This document shows, piece by piece, positions 62,314 to 64,000 of a DNA stretch of 64,000 nt. Each line of letters starts with the position of its first letter. The stretch's first letter is position 1. The DNA is from the human T2T-CHM13v2.0 reference genome, Homo sapiens: the NCBI RefSeq assembly GCF_009914755.1, contig NC_060927.1; one strand, 5' to 3'. A model generated the notes under the pieces. The model was not told the origin of the DNA. It searched no databases and worked only from the letters and a program-made list of their open reading frames with translations. Both the position numbers and the translations under genes were made by a program.

Positions 62314-62664
62314 TGCTATGAGTTGAATGTGACCCTTGAATTCATACGTTGGAAACTTAATCCCCAATGCAACACTGTTGAGAGGTGGGACCTTTAAGAG
62401 GTAATTGGGTCGTGAAGGCTCTGCCCTGATGTGGGGATTAAGGTGGTTAGGATGAATTCAGTCCCCTTCCACCGTCCACCGAGCTTGTGCTCTCTTGCCC
62501 TCTGCCTTCCTCCATGGGATGATGCAGCAAGAAGGTGCTTGCCAGATGTGGGCCCCAAGACCTTGGACTTCCCAGCCTCCCGAACTATAAGAAATAAATC
62601 TTTATTTTTATAAATTACCCAGTCTCAGGTATTCTGTTACAGCCACACAAAATGAACTATGACA
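62314..62664 (+). mobile_element. MST (MSTC/D-like) MaLR solo LTR
   Basis: tgctatgagttgaatgt...aattacccagtctcaggtattctgtt...tatgaca. Perfect TSD cagac. Confidence 0.85.
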
Positions 62665-63764
62665 CAGACAAACCACTTCATATTTAATTAGAGCAGCACA
62701 CATCCCAACCATATACAAAAACAGCTGTGTGTGTGTTTTCCAAGAGCAGGATCACCGTTTTCATGGTTTTATCATCATCACTATGAGACGTTTAAGAGCA
62801 AAGCAGAATATATTATCCAGGTTTCGGAAGAGAGGCAGGAATTTTAGCAAATACTTCCACGTGAAATTTTTGTCTAGCTTACTTAACAGGATTTTCAACC
62901 TGCATGATAAATAAACTTTTTGGATATTGGGCTGTTTACATTTTTCCTCTGTAAGTTTGAAAGATGATTTCTTCCAGTGAAATGGATGTGAAAATAATGG
63001 ATGAAAGAAGTTGTAAGTGCTCCAGCACCTAATGTAAGATTGTACCCCACACACATTCTGTCCAGGAATGAGCTTATCAGGTGCCAGCCTCAAGGCAACT
63101 AGTCTGAAAGGACACTGAAGAGCTTTCCATTCTAAAGACACTTGTTTTCCAACTTCCTTATCTTTAAGTGAGGAGATAAGTAGCAACAAAACTATGTATA
63201 TCACTTCCTACAGAATTCTTGCTCCCTTATCCACATAGCTTCATCCAGTTTCAAAAAGGAAATACAACAGACTTTATCACCCTCACTCAATGGCCCCACT
63301 GCAGCAAATCTTTGTGGTCTACAGCATAATTTTCCAGATTAGTGGAACAGATCCGTTTTCCAGATATTTGTGAACACAGCTGCTGACTGCCTTATCAGTG
63401 GGGGCAAGCAACAGGCAGCATAACCCGAGTTTATTTTTTTTAGTTAAAAATAGGAACATAGCCAGCTAGCACTCTGGGGTTGGGATGGTGAATGAAAGGA
63501 TGTAGAAACCACAAAGAAAAGGAGAGAGAGAAAAAATGGCAAAACTCCACTATAGGGGGCTGGCTTTTATAAAAAATATTTTTTAATGCCTTTGACCTGA
63601 CTCCTGATGGAGTTTATGAGTTCAACTCCTTCCATCTCTGTTGAATCTACAGTGAAGATCAGTCCTATCCTAAATTCCCAAATTCCTCCAACAAAGTGTT
63701 ATATTCCACAGGTCAGGAGATTTATAGCCCTGGTTCACTAACGTTGTATGCAGAAATTGGGAAC

Positions 63765-63958
63765 CGTGGTTCTCAACCTGACTTATGTAAGGGAGTCCCT
63801 TAAAATCTTTAAAAACTACTGAAGCCTGGACCCTCACCCCCAGCATTTTGGATTTAATTAGGCTAGGTACAGTCTTGACCTCAGAATTTTGAAACTCTCC
63901 CCATTTTTCTGGTCCTAGACAAGAGTGTGATGTGAGGCCCAATGCTCTCAAACCTGCT
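63765..63958. mobile_element. MER5-like DNA transposon
   Basis: gtggttctcaacctg...gcctggaccctcacccc...gatttaattagg. Confidence 0.6.
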
Positions 63959-63961
63959 TCT

Positions 63962-64000
63962 TGAAACTGCCTTTGCAAAATTATGACTAAGACAGTGAAA
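63962..64000 (+). mobile_element. LTR8 5' end, truncated by the window edge
   Basis: tgaaactgcctttgcaaaattatgactaagacagtgaaa matches the start of the 46790 copy at 38/39. Confidence 0.85.

Noticed and set aside
62761-63204. 147-aa minus-strand ORF with a hydrophobic N-terminus
   Set aside because: GTG start, no recognisable domain, and a length expected by chance in 64 kb.

Overview
This is primate, most likely human, genomic DNA. It is AT-rich, CpG-depleted and dominated by interspersed repeats. I find no recognisable cellular protein-coding exon, RNA gene or CRISPR array. The only real protein-coding sequence is a full-length but dead L1PA3-type LINE-1 (~1132-7289, +) and a decayed ERVL pol/dUTPase remnant (~29984-32030, -). 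There are 18 Alus, including one very young 5'-truncated AluYa5-lineage copy. There are also many LTRs (three LTR8, LTR22, LTR7-type, MER4A, two MER39-like, MER57, MER93-like, MER67-like, THE1, MST/MLT), Tigger and Charlie DNA transposon fossils, and old L1M, L2 and MIR pieces, often nested. Almost all ORFs in the supplied track are Alu/L1 antisense or chance ORFs. I see no evidence of a new gene system. The most interesting signals are structural: several apparent locally templated or patchwork insertions (747-890, 9308-9436, 48692-48965), a 49-bp-arm inverted repeat (58457-58641), a perfect 24-bp palindrome (39701-39724), a STAT/NF-kB motif cluster beside an LTR8, and an LTR7 followed by a strong splice donor. 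Repeat family names come from recalled consensus sequences, not from a database search.
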